The notes beneath the pieces are model-generated. The model saw only the letters and a program-made list of their open reading frames with translations. It was not told the origin of the DNA and did no database searches. Made by a program: the position numbers and the translations under genes. Positions 1-10,361 of a stretch of DNA of 64,000 nucleotides are shown here, piece by piece; position 1 is the first letter of the stretch; each line of letters starts with the position of its first letter. The stretch lies in IMG/VR virus record IMGVR_UViG_3300030419_006251, positions 136,761 through 200,760 of that record; one strand, 5' to 3'. This DNA is from a virus. Its lineage: Duplodnaviria > Caudoviricetes.

Positions 1-210
1 GTCATCTTCGTCTTCATCTTCCTCACAAGGAAAAATATCTGCTGCTGTTAAGTCAACTTCTTCTTCAGCCTCAGCGGCTTCAGTTTCTAGCTCGGGTGGG
101 ATGTCTGTCGGATCTATTGATGAGTCCGGATCTCTGTCGGTACCGACCTCAAGATCGTCTGCGGTATCTGTTGGATCTGTATCTGCTGTAGGATCTGTAG
201 TCTCTGACAT
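1..210 (-). CDS. Acidic low-complexity protein, 5' part only (runs off the window edge)
   Basis: Hand-translated from ATG at 210: MSETTDPTADTDPTDTADDLEVGTDRDPDSS...EEDEDEDD, with no stop before position 1; directly follows the 212..1174 stop. Confidence 0.6.
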   Translation of the reverse strand, partial: MSETTDPTADTDPTDTADDLEVGTDRDPDSSIDPTDIPPELETEAAEAEEEVDLTAADIFPCEEDEDEDD

Positions 211-211
211 T

Positions 212-1174
212 TTAGTTTACCTTGTTCCATTTACTTCTAATGGCGAATTCGCCATGTTCGTGCAAATAAGTATTTACAAATAAATTCTGTAAGTTCTTGT
301 GCACGGTTTTAGTATCTGTATTTGAAATGGAGAGTTGTTGATTACATGCAATAACGGCTCCCGGGAGAGTCGGTGATGGTGAGGTCGGGATCCCAAAAAA
401 AGGCGAATTGTGAAAGTGGGTACCCAAAGCATAGTTCATTTTTTTTATCACTCCTTGTGTGCGCATCAAATTTGCACACAAAGACATCATCATATCTGCT
501 AATTCTTCAAACGCAAAAACCAAGTTGTCTCCCTTCACCATGGGCTGTAAAAGATCTGGATCTGCGCCGGCAATTAAATCTATACCTTGAATTCCGTCGA
601 TTGGCTCACTGTGTGAATTTCGAGCTTCAGTTCTGGTCACTAGTTTAATACCCTCTCGTCCCACCAGTCTAATTGCGTCTGCTTTTGCAGCTACGCAGGA
701 CCGGTCTTTAGAATTAACACATCCCTTTTCTGGTTCGGCACCCTCCATAGCTCTCGGATCATATACATCTATTCCCAGATATCGATCGATATCTGCGTTT
801 TGGGAAATATAAACTCTGGCAGCATCTGTAATAAAATTTGTATCAACAGTGTTATTGGGGTCTGGATCGTAGCTTGATCTACCACATACCAAATCAATGC
901 TGGAGCATCCGTGTGACCCGATACCGCCTTTGCCGCTATGTGGGCTAGCAAATCGATCCGGGCCCAATATAATCCAAGCATTATTAGAGTTGCCAAGTAA
1001 CAACTCGCCGCCCGTTCGGCGCCAATTAATTCTAGCTTCGGGAGTATGTGATCCTCTTATTCCACTAGGATCACTATTGGGGTTAGTACCATACTTGTTT
1101 GCAATATTATCGCCGTACTCTTTTTGTCCAGGTGTACCGCCCTTGCTGGGTATTGTTTTATCGTGACTACTCAT
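212..1174 (-). CDS. Putative baseplate hub/spike-associated (gp5-like) virion protein
   Basis: 320 aa; DAARVYISQNADID and AAKADAIRLVGREGIKLVT segments resemble large-phage gp5-like proteins (by eye). Confidence 0.45.
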   Translation of the reverse strand: MSSHDKTIPSKGGTPGQKEYGDNIANKYGTNPNSDPSGIRGSHTPEARINWRRTGGELLLGNSNNAWIILGPDRFASPHSGKGGIGSHGCSSIDLVCGRSSYDPDPNNTVDTNFITDAARVYISQNADIDRYLGIDVYDPRAMEGAEPEKGCVNSKDRSCVAAKADAIRLVGREGIKLVTRTEARNSHSEPIDGIQGIDLIAGADPDLLQPMVKGDNLVFAFEELADMMMSLCANLMRTQGVIKKMNYALGTHFHNSPFFGIPTSPSPTLPGAVIACNQQLSISNTDTKTVHKNLQNLFVNTYLHEHGEFAIRSKWNKVN

Positions 1175-1198
1175 AATTTATTACTTTAGTTTAGTTTA

Positions 1199-2131
1199 TT
1201 AATTTGTCGTTTTAGATGGCTTCTCGTCTGGTGCTGTCTCAACCGCAGAAGTAACCAAAGCGGCAGAGGTGGATGCTACTTGGTTCCATATCCTCCCCTC
1301 ATCCTTGGCCCATTCACCAGCTTTCTCTTTTAGAGTTTGCTTTTGCGCTGCTGTTGAGGCCTCATTCGCTTCGCTCATCGTCATTGGTGCGTCGGAAGAA
1401 ATACCATCTTCAAAAGTATCACTAGAACTCTCTGGTTCTTGTATTATATTAAAAATTATATCATTTTGTACCACTGTTTCCAAATAATATGCATATCCCT
1501 CTGATGCATCCGCATCTGGAAAGCTTACACGAACTTTTGAACCTATAGTGGGGAGCGAAGCTGCCTGTGACCTATCTGGCAATCCTATACATAATTTACA
1601 GTATTCATGAGCATAGGGGCCGGCAGGTTCGCCGAGGAGGCTTTTGCCCGGGCCAAGATGGCCCGATGTTAAGGGTCCAGGCTGCATAGGTTGAATCTCT
1701 GCAATATAAACCCAAAAAACTGGCACTATCAAGCCTTTAAGTGCGTCTGGACCTCTTAATTCTATATATTCTCGCAATATTGGGAAAGCGTTACTCAAAT
1801 GATGCTTTTTTATGAAGTTTTCATTAAAATAATGTAAGTCTTGCATCGCGATTGGAAAATGTTTAGTAACCGTTCCAATATAAGTGTCTTGATTAAATGG
1901 CGCCCAGACTGCTTCGCCAGTTTTCCTCATGTTTAACTCAAACTGCTTTGCTTGACGCACTAATGATTTAAACGGATACCTAGCTGGCTCAAGACTACCT
2001 TCATTTTGCATAAAGAACGAGTCGCCGGTACCACAGGAATAGTTATGAGGACTACGAAGATCTAATTTTGAATTATTATAAAATAGATTTTCGAATTTTA
2101 CTGGTGTTTTCGTTGGATCTGAATCGCTCAT
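1199..2131 (-). CDS. Hypothetical virion protein, possible gp5-type OB-fold segment
   Basis: 310 aa; LPTIGSKVRVSF resembles the gp5/VgrG OB-fold P-x-x-G-x-x-V-x-V-x-F pattern; adjacent to the gp5-like gene. Confidence 0.35.
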   Translation of the reverse strand: MSDSDPTKTPVKFENLFYNNSKLDLRSPHNYSCGTGDSFFMQNEGSLEPARYPFKSLVRQAKQFELNMRKTGEAVWAPFNQDTYIGTVTKHFPIAMQDLHYFNENFIKKHHLSNAFPILREYIELRGPDALKGLIVPVFWVYIAEIQPMQPGPLTSGHLGPGKSLLGEPAGPYAHEYCKLCIGLPDRSQAASLPTIGSKVRVSFPDADASEGYAYYLETVVQNDIIFNIIQEPESSSDTFEDGISSDAPMTMSEANEASTAAQKQTLKEKAGEWAKDEGRIWNQVASTSAALVTSAVETAPDEKPSKTTN

Positions 2132-2436
2132 TCTTCTTCTCCGCTATCTTTAATTAGATCAAATATCTTTTCTTTGTCAATAGAAAAATCTTGTGACTGA
2201 TGTTCCTTTTTTTGTATCAATGCAGAGACTTTTACCAACTGTTCGTTTGATCTTTGCAATGTCTCAACATACTTGGCCGCCACAGGGCCAACCTCTCTGT
2301 GGTGTGATTCGTTTCTGCTCAAATACTTAAATACATCGTCTAAAAGCTCTTTTGTAACTTCGCGATCTGCTCTTATATTATCAATAGCTTCTTGAAGATA
2401 TTTGTCTAATTTGCTCATATATCGCCCTTGTTCCAC
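2128..2436 (-). CDS. Hypothetical coiled-coil protein
   Basis: 102 aa ORF overlapping both neighbours. Confidence 0.6.
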   Translation of the reverse strand: MEQGRYMSKLDKYLQEAIDNIRADREVTKELLDDVFKYLSRNESHHREVGPVAAKYVETLQRSNEQLVKVSALIQKKEHQSQDFSIDKEKIFDLIKDSGEEE

Positions 2437-3173
2437 TTTTCCCTAAAATTCTTGTATTTTATTCTAAGTTTTTTTAGATTATTAACGACCTGTTTTGTAT
2501 TAAGACCGGTTATTTCTCTAAGGTATAAGTAAATAGCCTTTTTGTTAAAAATTTCTATATCATCAGTATTCGAAAGTAAAATTTTTACAGCCTCTAAAAC
2601 CTTTTTTTCATTTTCTTTTAGATTTCCAGTATCCCATGTATCGATCTCTTTCCACAAAAATTCCCAAAATTCTTGTTCTTTTCTCTTGTCATAATACCCA
2701 TGTTGAGCCACCAAATTTTCATATTCATATTCTTCTCGACTCGTAATATCTTCTAAATGAACTTCTCGTTTCATTTGAGATGAATTTTTCTTAACTTTAT
2801 GAATAAACCAGTTTTTTGTTATAACACTAAAATAAGAAAAGGCCTTAGAGCCTTTATTTGGATCATATTTGTCTAGTATCATAGTTAACCACACCTTACA
2901 TTCAGCCCTTAAATCATCTATATTTGGAAGTGTAGTAAATTTATAAGTATAAACAATTTTGTCAACCATTTCGTCAAACGCCGGCTGTATTAGATTAACA
3001 TATAATTCTGTTCTTTCTTTCATGCATTGTGTATTGGCGTATTTTATTATGGCATCTTCGTGCTCTTGAGTAAAATAGTGTCTTCCTTTTTTGCTGCGTC
3101 GGCGACGGCGGCGTTTAGGCGCTTCGTTCTTCTTCGTCATCGTATGGTAATTCCTCTTCATCATCAGGCTCAT
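2415..3173 (-). CDS. Phage sigma-factor-like protein (gp55/sigma70 region 2-like); likely start at 3140
   Basis: DDLRAECKVWLTMILDKYDPNKGSKAFSYFSVITKNWF matches the sigma region-2 'FDP..AFSYF..I' pattern; helical C-terminus. Confidence 0.65.
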   Translation of the reverse strand: MSLMMKRNYHTMTKKNEAPKRRRRRRSKKGRHYFTQEHEDAIIKYANTQCMKERTELYVNLIQPAFDEMVDKIVYTYKFTTLPNIDDLRAECKVWLTMILDKYDPNKGSKAFSYFSVITKNWFIHKVKKNSSQMKREVHLEDITSREEYEYENLVAQHGYYDKRKEQEFWEFLWKEIDTWDTGNLKENEKKVLEAVKILLSNTDDIEIFNKKAIYLYLREITGLNTKQVVNNLKKLRIKYKNFREKWNKGDI

Positions 3174-3471
3174 CTTGTTCTGCCTCCAGATCCGTAGTTA
3201 GTGTGTATATAGATTCAAACTGCTCTATTTCCTCAACAACAGCAGCTGTATGTTGCAATAGAGATTGAAGCGTTTCATCGCCATAAAATGTTTCCATATT
3301 ATATACGGTATCTAGATGATTTGCATAATTGTCAACGACAATCATAAAATCTCCCATACTTTCTGACACATAAAGAAGTTTACTCAGTATTCCTCTTATG
3401 TACCAAACTAAAAACGCTGTGGTGCTAAAGAAAAAGAAACACAATACACTTAATATAATAACCGTTTTCAT
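3115..3471 (-). CDS. Hypothetical membrane-anchored protein
   Basis: N-terminal hydrophobic helix, acidic tail. Confidence 0.6.
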   Translation of the reverse strand: MKTVIILSVLCFFFFSTTAFLVWYIRGILSKLLYVSESMGDFMIVVDNYANHLDTVYNMETFYGDETLQSLLQHTAAVVEEIEQFESIYTLTTDLEAEQDEPDDEEELPYDDEEERSA

Positions 3472-3728
3472 TCTTTGTATTCCTCTTCTTTGTATTGCCT
3501 CTTTTCGGCCTTGATCTCTTCTGAAGCTTCTTTGATAAACCTATCAACAAGTTCTCCTGGCTTCTGCTTTTGATTGGGCTTCTTAGATATAGTGGTCACA
3601 GGAAATGGAATCCTGTTTAAAGAACCGCTAACCTCACAAGCCTCACAATCATATTTTTTATCTGTGATGGGGTGGATTATTTCAATCGCAACATCACAGT
3701 TCTTACATTCATAATAATATTTGGGCAT
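3468..3728 (-). CDS. FmdB-like zinc-ribbon protein
   Basis: MPKYYYECKNC...CEAC...LNRI pattern. Confidence 0.75.
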   Translation of the reverse strand: MPKYYYECKNCDVAIEIIHPITDKKYDCEACEVSGSLNRIPFPVTTISKKPNQKQKPGELVDRFIKEASEEIKAEKRQYKEEEYKE

Positions 3729-3737
3729 ATATTCCTA

Positions 3738-3935
3738 TTAGGTCTTTACAGTGTCGGCAAAATTTACTTTAACTGTCGGAGGGTTTGTTACCAAAAGCTC
3801 TTCTTCTGCTCCATCAGTTGGAGTTAACTCAAATGCTTTTAATACCGGCACAATATCCGATTGCTCTAATAAAGACTTTTGCAGGGCCATCATAATAGCT
3901 CCCAAAGCCTGATCGCTAAGTTTGAAAGTTGTCAT
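3738..3935 (-). CDS. Hypothetical protein
   Basis: 65 aa ORF with AGGAG SD upstream. Confidence 0.65.
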   Translation of the reverse strand: MTTFKLSDQALGAIMMALQKSLLEQSDIVPVLKAFELTPTDGAEEELLVTNPPTVKVNFADTVKT

Positions 3936-3961
3936 ATTATTCTCCTTTTTTATATTTTAGG

Positions 3962-4954
3962 CTATATGCCTCTTTGAAATAAATCTTTTAAATCCGCTTC
4001 ATACATCATAGCAGCTAACTCTTTGAAATTAACTTTTGGCTGCCATCCTAAAACTTCCTTCGCTTTAGTAGGATCTCCTAATAGAAGCGGAACTTCGTGT
4101 GGTCTAAATAGTCGCTCATCTATTTTAACATGTTTCTCTATGCTTAAGCCGGCCTCTTCAAACACTGTCTCTAGAAATTCTCTAACAGTATGTGTTTCAC
4201 CCGTTGCGATTACAAAATCATCAGGGGTTTCCTGTTGCAACATGAGCCACATGGCTTCAACATAATCGCCGGCGAAACCCCAGTCTCTTTTTGCATCTAG
4301 GTTTCCTAAATATAGTGTATCTTCTAAACCAAGCTTAATTCTTGCAGCTGCTCTTGTAATCTTGCGTGTAACAAATGTTTCTCCTCTTCGTGGAGATTCG
4401 TGATTAAACAAAATTCCATTTGCTCCAAAAATATTGTAACTTTCTCGATAATTCCGCACAATATTGTAAGCAAAGACTTTAGAACAAGCATATGGTGATG
4501 CCGGCATTAACCTAGTATCTTCATCTTGTGGATGAGCTGGATTGTCTCCATACATCTCAGAGGACGATGCCTGATAAAACTTTGCCCATGGGCAAACATT
4601 TCTTACAGCTTCTAATAACCTGAGTGTTCCCATAGCAACATAATTTGCTGTTTCTTCTGGAGTGTCAAAAGAGACTCGTACATGCGACTGTGCCGCTAAA
4701 TTGTATACCTCGTCTGGTTTATATTTTGCCAATATTCTATGCAAACATCCAGAATCGTTCACATTGCCGTATACTAAATCAAAATTTTCTATTTTGTCCG
4801 AGCTTTCAAATATATGATCGATCCGGTCTGTCGAAATTAGAGAAGTTCTTCTCTTCATCCCAATAACTCGATATCCTTTATCTATTAAAAAGTCTGCCAA
4901 ATAAGAGCCGTCCTGTCCTGTAACTCCCGTAATTAATGCTTTTTTTTGTGTCAT
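3962..4954 (-). CDS. gmd: GDP-mannose 4,6-dehydratase
   Basis: [72 protein letters not shown]. Confidence 0.97.
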   Translation of the reverse strand: MTQKKALITGVTGQDGSYLADFLIDKGYRVIGMKRRTSLISTDRIDHIFESSDKIENFDLVYGNVNDSGCLHRILAKYKPDEVYNLAAQSHVRVSFDTPEETANYVAMGTLRLLEAVRNVCPWAKFYQASSSEMYGDNPAHPQDEDTRLMPASPYACSKVFAYNIVRNYRESYNIFGANGILFNHESPRRGETFVTRKITRAAARIKLGLEDTLYLGNLDAKRDWGFAGDYVEAMWLMLQQETPDDFVIATGETHTVREFLETVFEEAGLSIEKHVKIDERLFRPHEVPLLLGDPTKAKEVLGWQPKVNFKELAAMMYEADLKDLFQRGI

Positions 4955-5877
4955 TTTGTTCCTCTAATGTTTGGATAATTTGTTAAAAACCAATCACATG
5001 AATTTTTAAGTGCTGTTTCGAAGTTTGTATACATGTTTTTACGCCATCCTAACTGTAATAAGCTTTGATTGGTTGATGGCTTTCGAAACTGTCCTGACGG
5101 CTTAGATGTGTCCCATATAATTGAATTATGGTACTCAAGATTGTGCGCTATCATCTGAGCTATAGTGCCGATTGAATATTCTCCCGTGTCTCCCACATTG
5201 ATTGGGGCGCGGCCATCGTAATGTTCTAATAGAAATAATAAAATATTTGCTAAATCGACCGAATATGTAAATTCTCTCAGAGGAGTGCCATCACCCCATA
5301 ATACAACATTCTCATTCTTTTGTTTAGCATTATACATTTTATGTATTAAGGCAGGAATTACATGCGAGTCGTTTAAATCGTAATTGTCGTTTTCTCCGAA
5401 TAAATTATTCGGTACCGCAGTAATAAAATTACAACCATATTGATCGCGATAGGCCTGCGATTGTATATCCAACATACGCTTTGCGTGCGCATACGCATAA
5501 TTTGACTTGTGCGGAGATCCACTATGAATTTGTTCTTCGGTTAAAGGATACATAACATTGTCTGGGTATATACATGTGCTCAAAAGTGACAGAACTTTTT
5601 CTGCTTTATGTTTATGTGCACTATCAAGCACATTTGTATTAATCCTAATATTATCAGAATAAAAATCTCCTAGATTCTCCATATTTGCTTTGATGCCACC
5701 GACTTTTGCTGCCAAATGAATCACTTGTTCTGGCTGATGTGTCCTAAACATTTCTTCGGCTTGTCGACGATCTCGTAAATCATAATCTGTAGAAGCTACA
5801 AAGGTTGCTTCTGGGATCAAGCGCTTAAGAGCGTGACCGACCATACCCGAACCTCCAGTTACAAGAATTCTTTTCAT
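4951..5877 (-). CDS. fcl: GDP-L-fucose synthase (epimerase/reductase)
   Basis: [63 protein letters not shown]; follows gmd. Confidence 0.95.
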   Translation of the reverse strand: MKRILVTGGSGMVGHALKRLIPEATFVASTDYDLRDRRQAEEMFRTHQPEQVIHLAAKVGGIKANMENLGDFYSDNIRINTNVLDSAHKHKAEKVLSLLSTCIYPDNVMYPLTEEQIHSGSPHKSNYAYAHAKRMLDIQSQAYRDQYGCNFITAVPNNLFGENDNYDLNDSHVIPALIHKMYNAKQKNENVVLWGDGTPLREFTYSVDLANILLFLLEHYDGRAPINVGDTGEYSIGTIAQMIAHNLEYHNSIIWDTSKPSGQFRKPSTNQSLLQLGWRKNMYTNFETALKNSCDWFLTNYPNIRGTK

Positions 5878-6870
5878 TTATTCACTCGCATATTCCATAA
5901 TAGTTGGGTAGTAGTATTTATCGAAATAAACATCAGGTTTGTGATTTTCATTATAATCCTTATATGCTCTTTCTCCATAATCTTTATATCTTTCGTTCTC
6001 TAACATATACACAATTTTATCTTCTAAATCTTGAAAATCATCTTGTATAACACAATAGTCTGTAAATGGCATATGCTCTTCCGATACCGACTTATTTCTC
6101 ATCTTTGGCATTATTATTCCAGCTTTGCAACTAGCTAATTGCCAAATTCTCCATGCATCGTATGAATTCCCAAAATAGTGTAGTCCTATTTTACATCGAT
6201 TTGCAGAATATTTAAAGGCATCCGACTGTAAGCCTCCGTGCGGATTCCAATCCTCAAAATTTAAAGCCCAATTTAAATGCTTTAGATTTCCTTCGGATAA
6301 TTTTAAAACATGCTCATTAAACGGGCGACGACGAATATTGGTCATATTTGCCATAAAAAATATATCTATTGGACGGCCGTCTTTTTCTGCTTCAGGGTCT
6401 CTTAGTGAGTCAATAACAAAATGGAAAGGTTCTATTGGCGTATGTGGCCACATATTTACAGTCTGATCCGTTAATTCTCGCTGCATAATTAAGTCTGGTT
6501 TTCTATTACTCCAAATTTGCACATGTTCATGGTCTGTGGTATCGTGCTGAATTAGAAAGGCGTCTTGAAAATAGTTGTTAATTAAGTGATTTGTGATTGG
6601 TATCGTATCGTTTTCGTGCAAATATAATACTACATTCTTATATGTGTGTTCTGGGCCATGTTTTAATATATTGTCTGCGAATGGTCTTAGGGTTTTTTCA
6701 TCTATGATATCAATCGTGTGACCCTTTTTGGCAAATGATTCAAACAAGAAAGTAGAATTTTTGACAAACGAATAATTAAAAAATAAAAAATCTTTATGCA
6801 TATTTTCTCCATAATAAAGCATAATCTGTACACACTCCGTACAGATTAGGATAAGTTTCAGTTGGGGCAT
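5878..6870 (-). CDS. Glycosyltransferase-like protein (CgeB/GT-B C-terminal type); likely start at 6801
   Basis: KIGLHYFGNSYDAWRIWQLASCK..IIMP...DLEDKIVYML C-terminal pattern; located in the glycan cluster. Confidence 0.5.
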   Translation of the reverse strand: MPQLKLILICTECVQIMLYYGENMHKDFLFFNYSFVKNSTFLFESFAKKGHTIDIIDEKTLRPFADNILKHGPEHTYKNVVLYLHENDTIPITNHLINNYFQDAFLIQHDTTDHEHVQIWSNRKPDLIMQRELTDQTVNMWPHTPIEPFHFVIDSLRDPEAEKDGRPIDIFFMANMTNIRRRPFNEHVLKLSEGNLKHLNWALNFEDWNPHGGLQSDAFKYSANRCKIGLHYFGNSYDAWRIWQLASCKAGIIMPKMRNKSVSEEHMPFTDYCVIQDDFQDLEDKIVYMLENERYKDYGERAYKDYNENHKPDVYFDKYYYPTIMEYASE

Positions 6871-7222
6871 TTAAATGAACTGTTATTCCATTTTGAATAT
6901 AGTTTTCCGGATAACACCAAATATGACCTTTGCTTGTCTGTGTCATAACATCACTTTCATGCCAAAACCAATTAAAGTTAGTTTTTTGTAGCTGTTCTAC
7001 AGCTTCAATGTTTTTACAGTGCAACCACATTCGCGGATCAAAAAAGTTTTGACTAACTTCATATGTTGGTAAATCGTGACCTAAAAACCATTTTTCGCTG
7101 GTAAACCACACATCTACCTCTACATCGAACCCCAAAGCTATAGCTGTTAACAAATATTCTGGCCTGTTCTCTTTGCTCGGATCAGCGCCACTTATGTTTC
7201 CTCGGTGTGATATTATATGCAC
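6794..7222 (-). CDS. Phosphodiesterase-like (GDPD/PI-PLC fold) protein
   Basis: IISHRGN...EN...GFDVEVDVW...LGHD...WLHCKN...GVCTDY. Confidence 0.75.
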   Translation of the reverse strand: MHIISHRGNISGADPSKENRPEYLLTAIALGFDVEVDVWFTSEKWFLGHDLPTYEVSQNFFDPRMWLHCKNIEAVEQLQKTNFNWFWHESDVMTQTSKGHIWCYPENYIQNGITVHLNAPTETYPNLYGVCTDYALLWRKYA

Positions 7223-7223
7223 C

Positions 7224-7949
7224 CTATCTCCTGTGTCTCCAGTTATTTAAAAATTTTGTAAGATCTTCTGGCGTTCCCAGGCCCCACATTTCAGATACAT
7301 AAAATGGGATCAATGACTTACCATCTTGGATTAGTTCGTTATAAACTGGAGCAATATAAAATTCATTATTGACTCGTATATCTTTCTCAATCATTTGTTT
7401 CGCATATTTAACAAAATCTGAGCCTTTACGATACCAATAAATTCCACAAGTCGCAATATTTGAAATTGGTCGCTTTTCTGCTACCTCTGTAATAAATCCA
7501 CGAGAATTTGTTTTTACAAAAGACCATTTTGGATGTACAGCATTGAAAGTAAACACAATCCCATCAACACTTGTAAGGCTCTTAAGTGTATCAAAATTAT
7601 CTGGCTCATATTGAATAAACTGATCCGAATTTGCAATTAAAAGACTTTCATCGTTGTCAATATATTTTTCAGCTAAAAGCGCTGTGCAGGCGGCCCCTTC
7701 GGTTAATCCATTAACTGTTACATAATTGAAACGACCATTTGTAATTCTATCCAGCGTATCTAAAAGTCCAGAGTATTTCTGTACATGCTCTTCTCTAACA
7801 AGAAAAATATAATCACAATCAAAATCTAAATTTTCTACAACGGATTGTATCATAGGCTTGCCAGCAACATCAATTAATGGCTTTGGAAAAGTATATCCCT
7901 CTTTTGCAAACCTGCTGCCTTCACCGGCCATTGGAATCAAGATCTTCAT
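7224..7949 (-). CDS. Sugar nucleotidyltransferase (NTP_transferase family)
   Basis: ILIPMAGEGSRF...PKPLIDV; TEGAACT; IANSDQ; EVAEKRPIS; NNEFYIAPVYN; GLGTPEDL. Confidence 0.9.
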   Translation of the reverse strand: MKILIPMAGEGSRFAKEGYTFPKPLIDVAGKPMIQSVVENLDFDCDYIFLVREEHVQKYSGLLDTLDRITNGRFNYVTVNGLTEGAACTALLAEKYIDNDESLLIANSDQFIQYEPDNFDTLKSLTSVDGIVFTFNAVHPKWSFVKTNSRGFITEVAEKRPISNIATCGIYWYRKGSDFVKYAKQMIEKDIRVNNEFYIAPVYNELIQDGKSLIPFYVSEMWGLGTPEDLTKFLNNWRHRR

Positions 7950-8556
7950 TTAAATACTCCTTAAATAATTTTATACATACATCATCAGGATTTTTGACCT
8001 GTATGATATTACAGCCAGAGGCAAGTGCCGCGGCCATTCCTTTGGGCGAATCCTCTACAATCAGCATAGAAGACTTGTCTATTTGAAAATGTTCCAAAAC
8101 TTTAAGATACCCTTCTGGATGTGGTTTTGGATTTTTCACATCTTGGTTAGTGATCACCAATTCAAACAAGTCAAAAATGCCGGTTTTTTGCAGCATTAAA
8201 TCAGCAGTCATTCTGATACTGTTAGTATAGCATGCCACATGTAATTGTCTATCTTTTAGCCAATTAATTAAATCTACTTTTTCTTGTCGTAATTCGGCAT
8301 TTTCAGAAATAATTTTAACTGTCTTCTCTTGCTTCAAATCATATACTCGCTCATGTTGTTCTTTGTTTAATATTCCCATTTCTGTTAGTTTGTTTAATTT
8401 TACTTTTGTAGGAATTCCATTAAAAGTTTTATAATGATCTTCGAGAGATATCTCATAATTGCATATTTCTTTTAACGATTCGTTCAAAGCAACTCGATGC
8501 CATTCACATGCGTCGACAAGCACCCCATCTAAATCGAATGTAACTAACCTAATCAC
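7921..8556 (-). CDS. HAD-family phosphatase
   Basis: FDLDGVLVD, KNPKPHPEGY, IVEDS..G motifs. Confidence 0.9.
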   Translation of the reverse strand: MIRLVTFDLDGVLVDACEWHRVALNESLKEICNYEISLEDHYKTFNGIPTKVKLNKLTEMGILNKEQHERVYDLKQEKTVKIISENAELRQEKVDLINWLKDRQLHVACYTNSIRMTADLMLQKTGIFDLFELVITNQDVKNPKPHPEGYLKVLEHFQIDKSSMLIVEDSPKGMAAALASGCNIIQVKNPDDVCIKLFKEYLNEDLDSNGR

Positions 8557-8908
8557 CTTTCATAATCCTGTGGCTGTCGCTGTCAAAGTGTTGTGTAGAA
8601 AATTCAAAAAGCTCTGTATCTTCTAATGCTATCATTTGATGTCGAAGGCCACGATATACATGAAAGTTGTCGCCGCGCTCCAATATTAGCTCTTCTGCTT
8701 CTGCTATGTCATCTTTCTCAGAATATTTTACCAGCATTTTTCCAGATTGTATATAAAAAACCTCGTCTTTTAACTTATGATAATGCCAAGAGCAGCGCTT
8801 TCCCTTTACAAAATAAAGAAGTTTGCCACAGTATTCGTCATTATTAACAATCCATTTTTCAAAGCCCCAACCTTTAGGGACAAAATTCATTTCTAAAGAA
8901 GTCTTCAT
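8549..8908 (-). CDS. Cupin (mannose-6-phosphate/D-lyxose isomerase-like)
   Basis: VPKGWGFEKW, CSWHYHKLKDEVFYIQSG, LRHQM, FEFST. Confidence 0.8.
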   Translation of the reverse strand: MKTSLEMNFVPKGWGFEKWIVNNDEYCGKLLYFVKGKRCSWHYHKLKDEVFYIQSGKMLVKYSEKDDIAEAEELILERGDNFHVYRGLRHQMIALEDTELFEFSTQHFDSDSHRIMKGD

Positions 8909-9215
8909 CTCTTATTCCTCTGTCATCGACATAAATATCGCCGGCAGGTTTTCCCAAAAAGAGCATATGGTGTTTTACGCCCCATTCTTTTAGCTGCGCA
9001 GCTGTTTTATCATATAAATCTTTAATGGCCTTTTCGGCATCATTGTTGTGTCTTCCCATTCCGCGGGCAGTCTGCATTATAATTGTGTTGCCCTGTTCAT
9101 ATAAAGCGTTAACAACCTTTACTCTTTCGACTATAGGCATTGCTTTTTCGTATTCACCATAAGTGTTTGTACATATAGTTCCATCGATATCAAAAACATA
9201 TGTCATTTTATCCAC
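8874..9215 (-). CDS. Small HAD phosphatase (capsule-biosynthesis type)
   Basis: FDIDGTIC, TARGMG, LFLGKPAGDIYVDDRG. Confidence 0.85.
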   Translation of the reverse strand: MDKMTYVFDIDGTICTNTYGEYEKAMPIVERVKVVNALYEQGNTIIMQTARGMGRHNNDAEKAIKDLYDKTAAQLKEWGVKHHMLFLGKPAGDIYVDDRGIRDEDFFRNEFCP

Positions 9216-9871
9216 CTTTCAAAGTCTTTCATAAAGCCCTCTACAGATTCATCAGTTTTAACATGCGAGGTAGCCTTTTTAATAACAGAATACCCTGCTG
9301 TTACTATGTGGCATCCTTGGTTCCAACAATTAGATAAATCATATGCATTGCGTATAGAGCCTGCGATGATTTCGCAATCTAATTTGTTATCATCGATAAA
9401 CTTACGAGTTCTTCGAAGTACTTCGAGCGGATCTCCACCAACATCTATTAGTCGGTTATAAAATAGTGAAACATATCGAGCCCCGGAAAGGGCTGCTAGT
9501 TGCAATTGTGTATCGCTAAAACAACAAGTACAATTAACTCGGATTCCTTGTTTTTTAAGTTGATCTATTACTCTTAATTCTTCAAAGCCTACAGGAATCT
9601 TAATATTCAAGTTCTTATAATCTATTCTTTCGCATATTTCAACAGCTTGTAATATCATGGAATCCGGCTCAGTAGCAAATACTTCAACCGAGACCGGGAT
9701 GTCTACGCCGTACTGTACACACAAATCACAAATTTTTTGTATGTGGTCATAAAAGTCTGTTTTTGGTTCTTTAGCCAAAAGGGAAGGATTAGTAGTTATC
9801 CCTTGTATGACTCCCTTTTGTAATAAGCTTTCTATTTCTTTCAAATTAGCAGTATCTGCAAATAATTTCAT
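9203..9871 (-). CDS. tal: Transaldolase / fructose-6-phosphate aldolase family
   Basis: LFADTAN, GITTNPSLL, IKIP (Schiff-base Lys), VNCTCCFS, YVSLFYNR, IAGSIRN. Confidence 0.9.
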   Translation of the reverse strand: MKLFADTANLKEIESLLQKGVIQGITTNPSLLAKEPKTDFYDHIQKICDLCVQYGVDIPVSVEVFATEPDSMILQAVEICERIDYKNLNIKIPVGFEELRVIDQLKKQGIRVNCTCCFSDTQLQLAALSGARYVSLFYNRLIDVGGDPLEVLRRTRKFIDDNKLDCEIIAGSIRNAYDLSNCWNQGCHIVTAGYSVIKKATSHVKTDESVEGFMKDFERWIK

Positions 9872-9872
9872 T

Positions 9873-10361
9873 TTATTCCTCGATGTGTTTATAGGTTTTG
9901 CCGTCTTCTACGATATGTGAGTCTCCATCGTCGTCCAGTGTTGAAAACTCAATAATTACGGTATCTTCTAATGCGATTCTCATATGCATAAATCCAACAG
10001 GTATATGAAAGACATCTCCTTCATTTAAGATAAGCGAGGTGTTCTTGGCGCGACCTATCCTTGTTCCCACTTTAAGTTTTCCAGACTCTATGTAATATGA
10101 TTCTTCTTTTTTTATATGATATTCCATACTACTTTGAGTGCCCTTCTTCATAAAAATTCTTTTAACTGTATAGTGTTCATTTTCGAAAAGAGTCTTCATA
10201 TTTCCCCAATATTTATCGACCTCTTTTATAACTCCATGAATTGGAGGCAATTCTTGTCTTCCATATTTTATATCATTGGCCATAATATTTTTCTTTTCCA
10301 TTCTTGCGAAAAAAGTGTTTATCAATAACATATTTTGGTATACGCATACTGCTTGCTCCAA
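9873..10361 (-). CDS. Second cupin (sugar isomerase/epimerase-like); likely start at 10283
   Basis: DKYWG, SSMEYHIKKEESYYIESG, HMRIALEDTVIIEFST; same family as 8549..8908. Confidence 0.75.
   Translation of the reverse strand: MEQAVCVYQNMLLINTFFARMEKKNIMANDIKYGRQELPPIHGVIKEVDKYWGNMKTLFENEHYTVKRIFMKKGTQSSMEYHIKKEESYYIESGKLKVGTRIGRAKNTSLILNEGDVFHIPVGFMHMRIALEDTVIIEFSTLDDDGDSHIVEDGKTYKHIEE

Noticed and set aside
9203-9871. Transaldolase as a cyanophage-style auxiliary metabolic gene
   Set aside because: It is embedded in the sugar-nucleotide operon with overlapping neighbours, and no zwf, gnd, cp12 or photosynthesis genes are seen.
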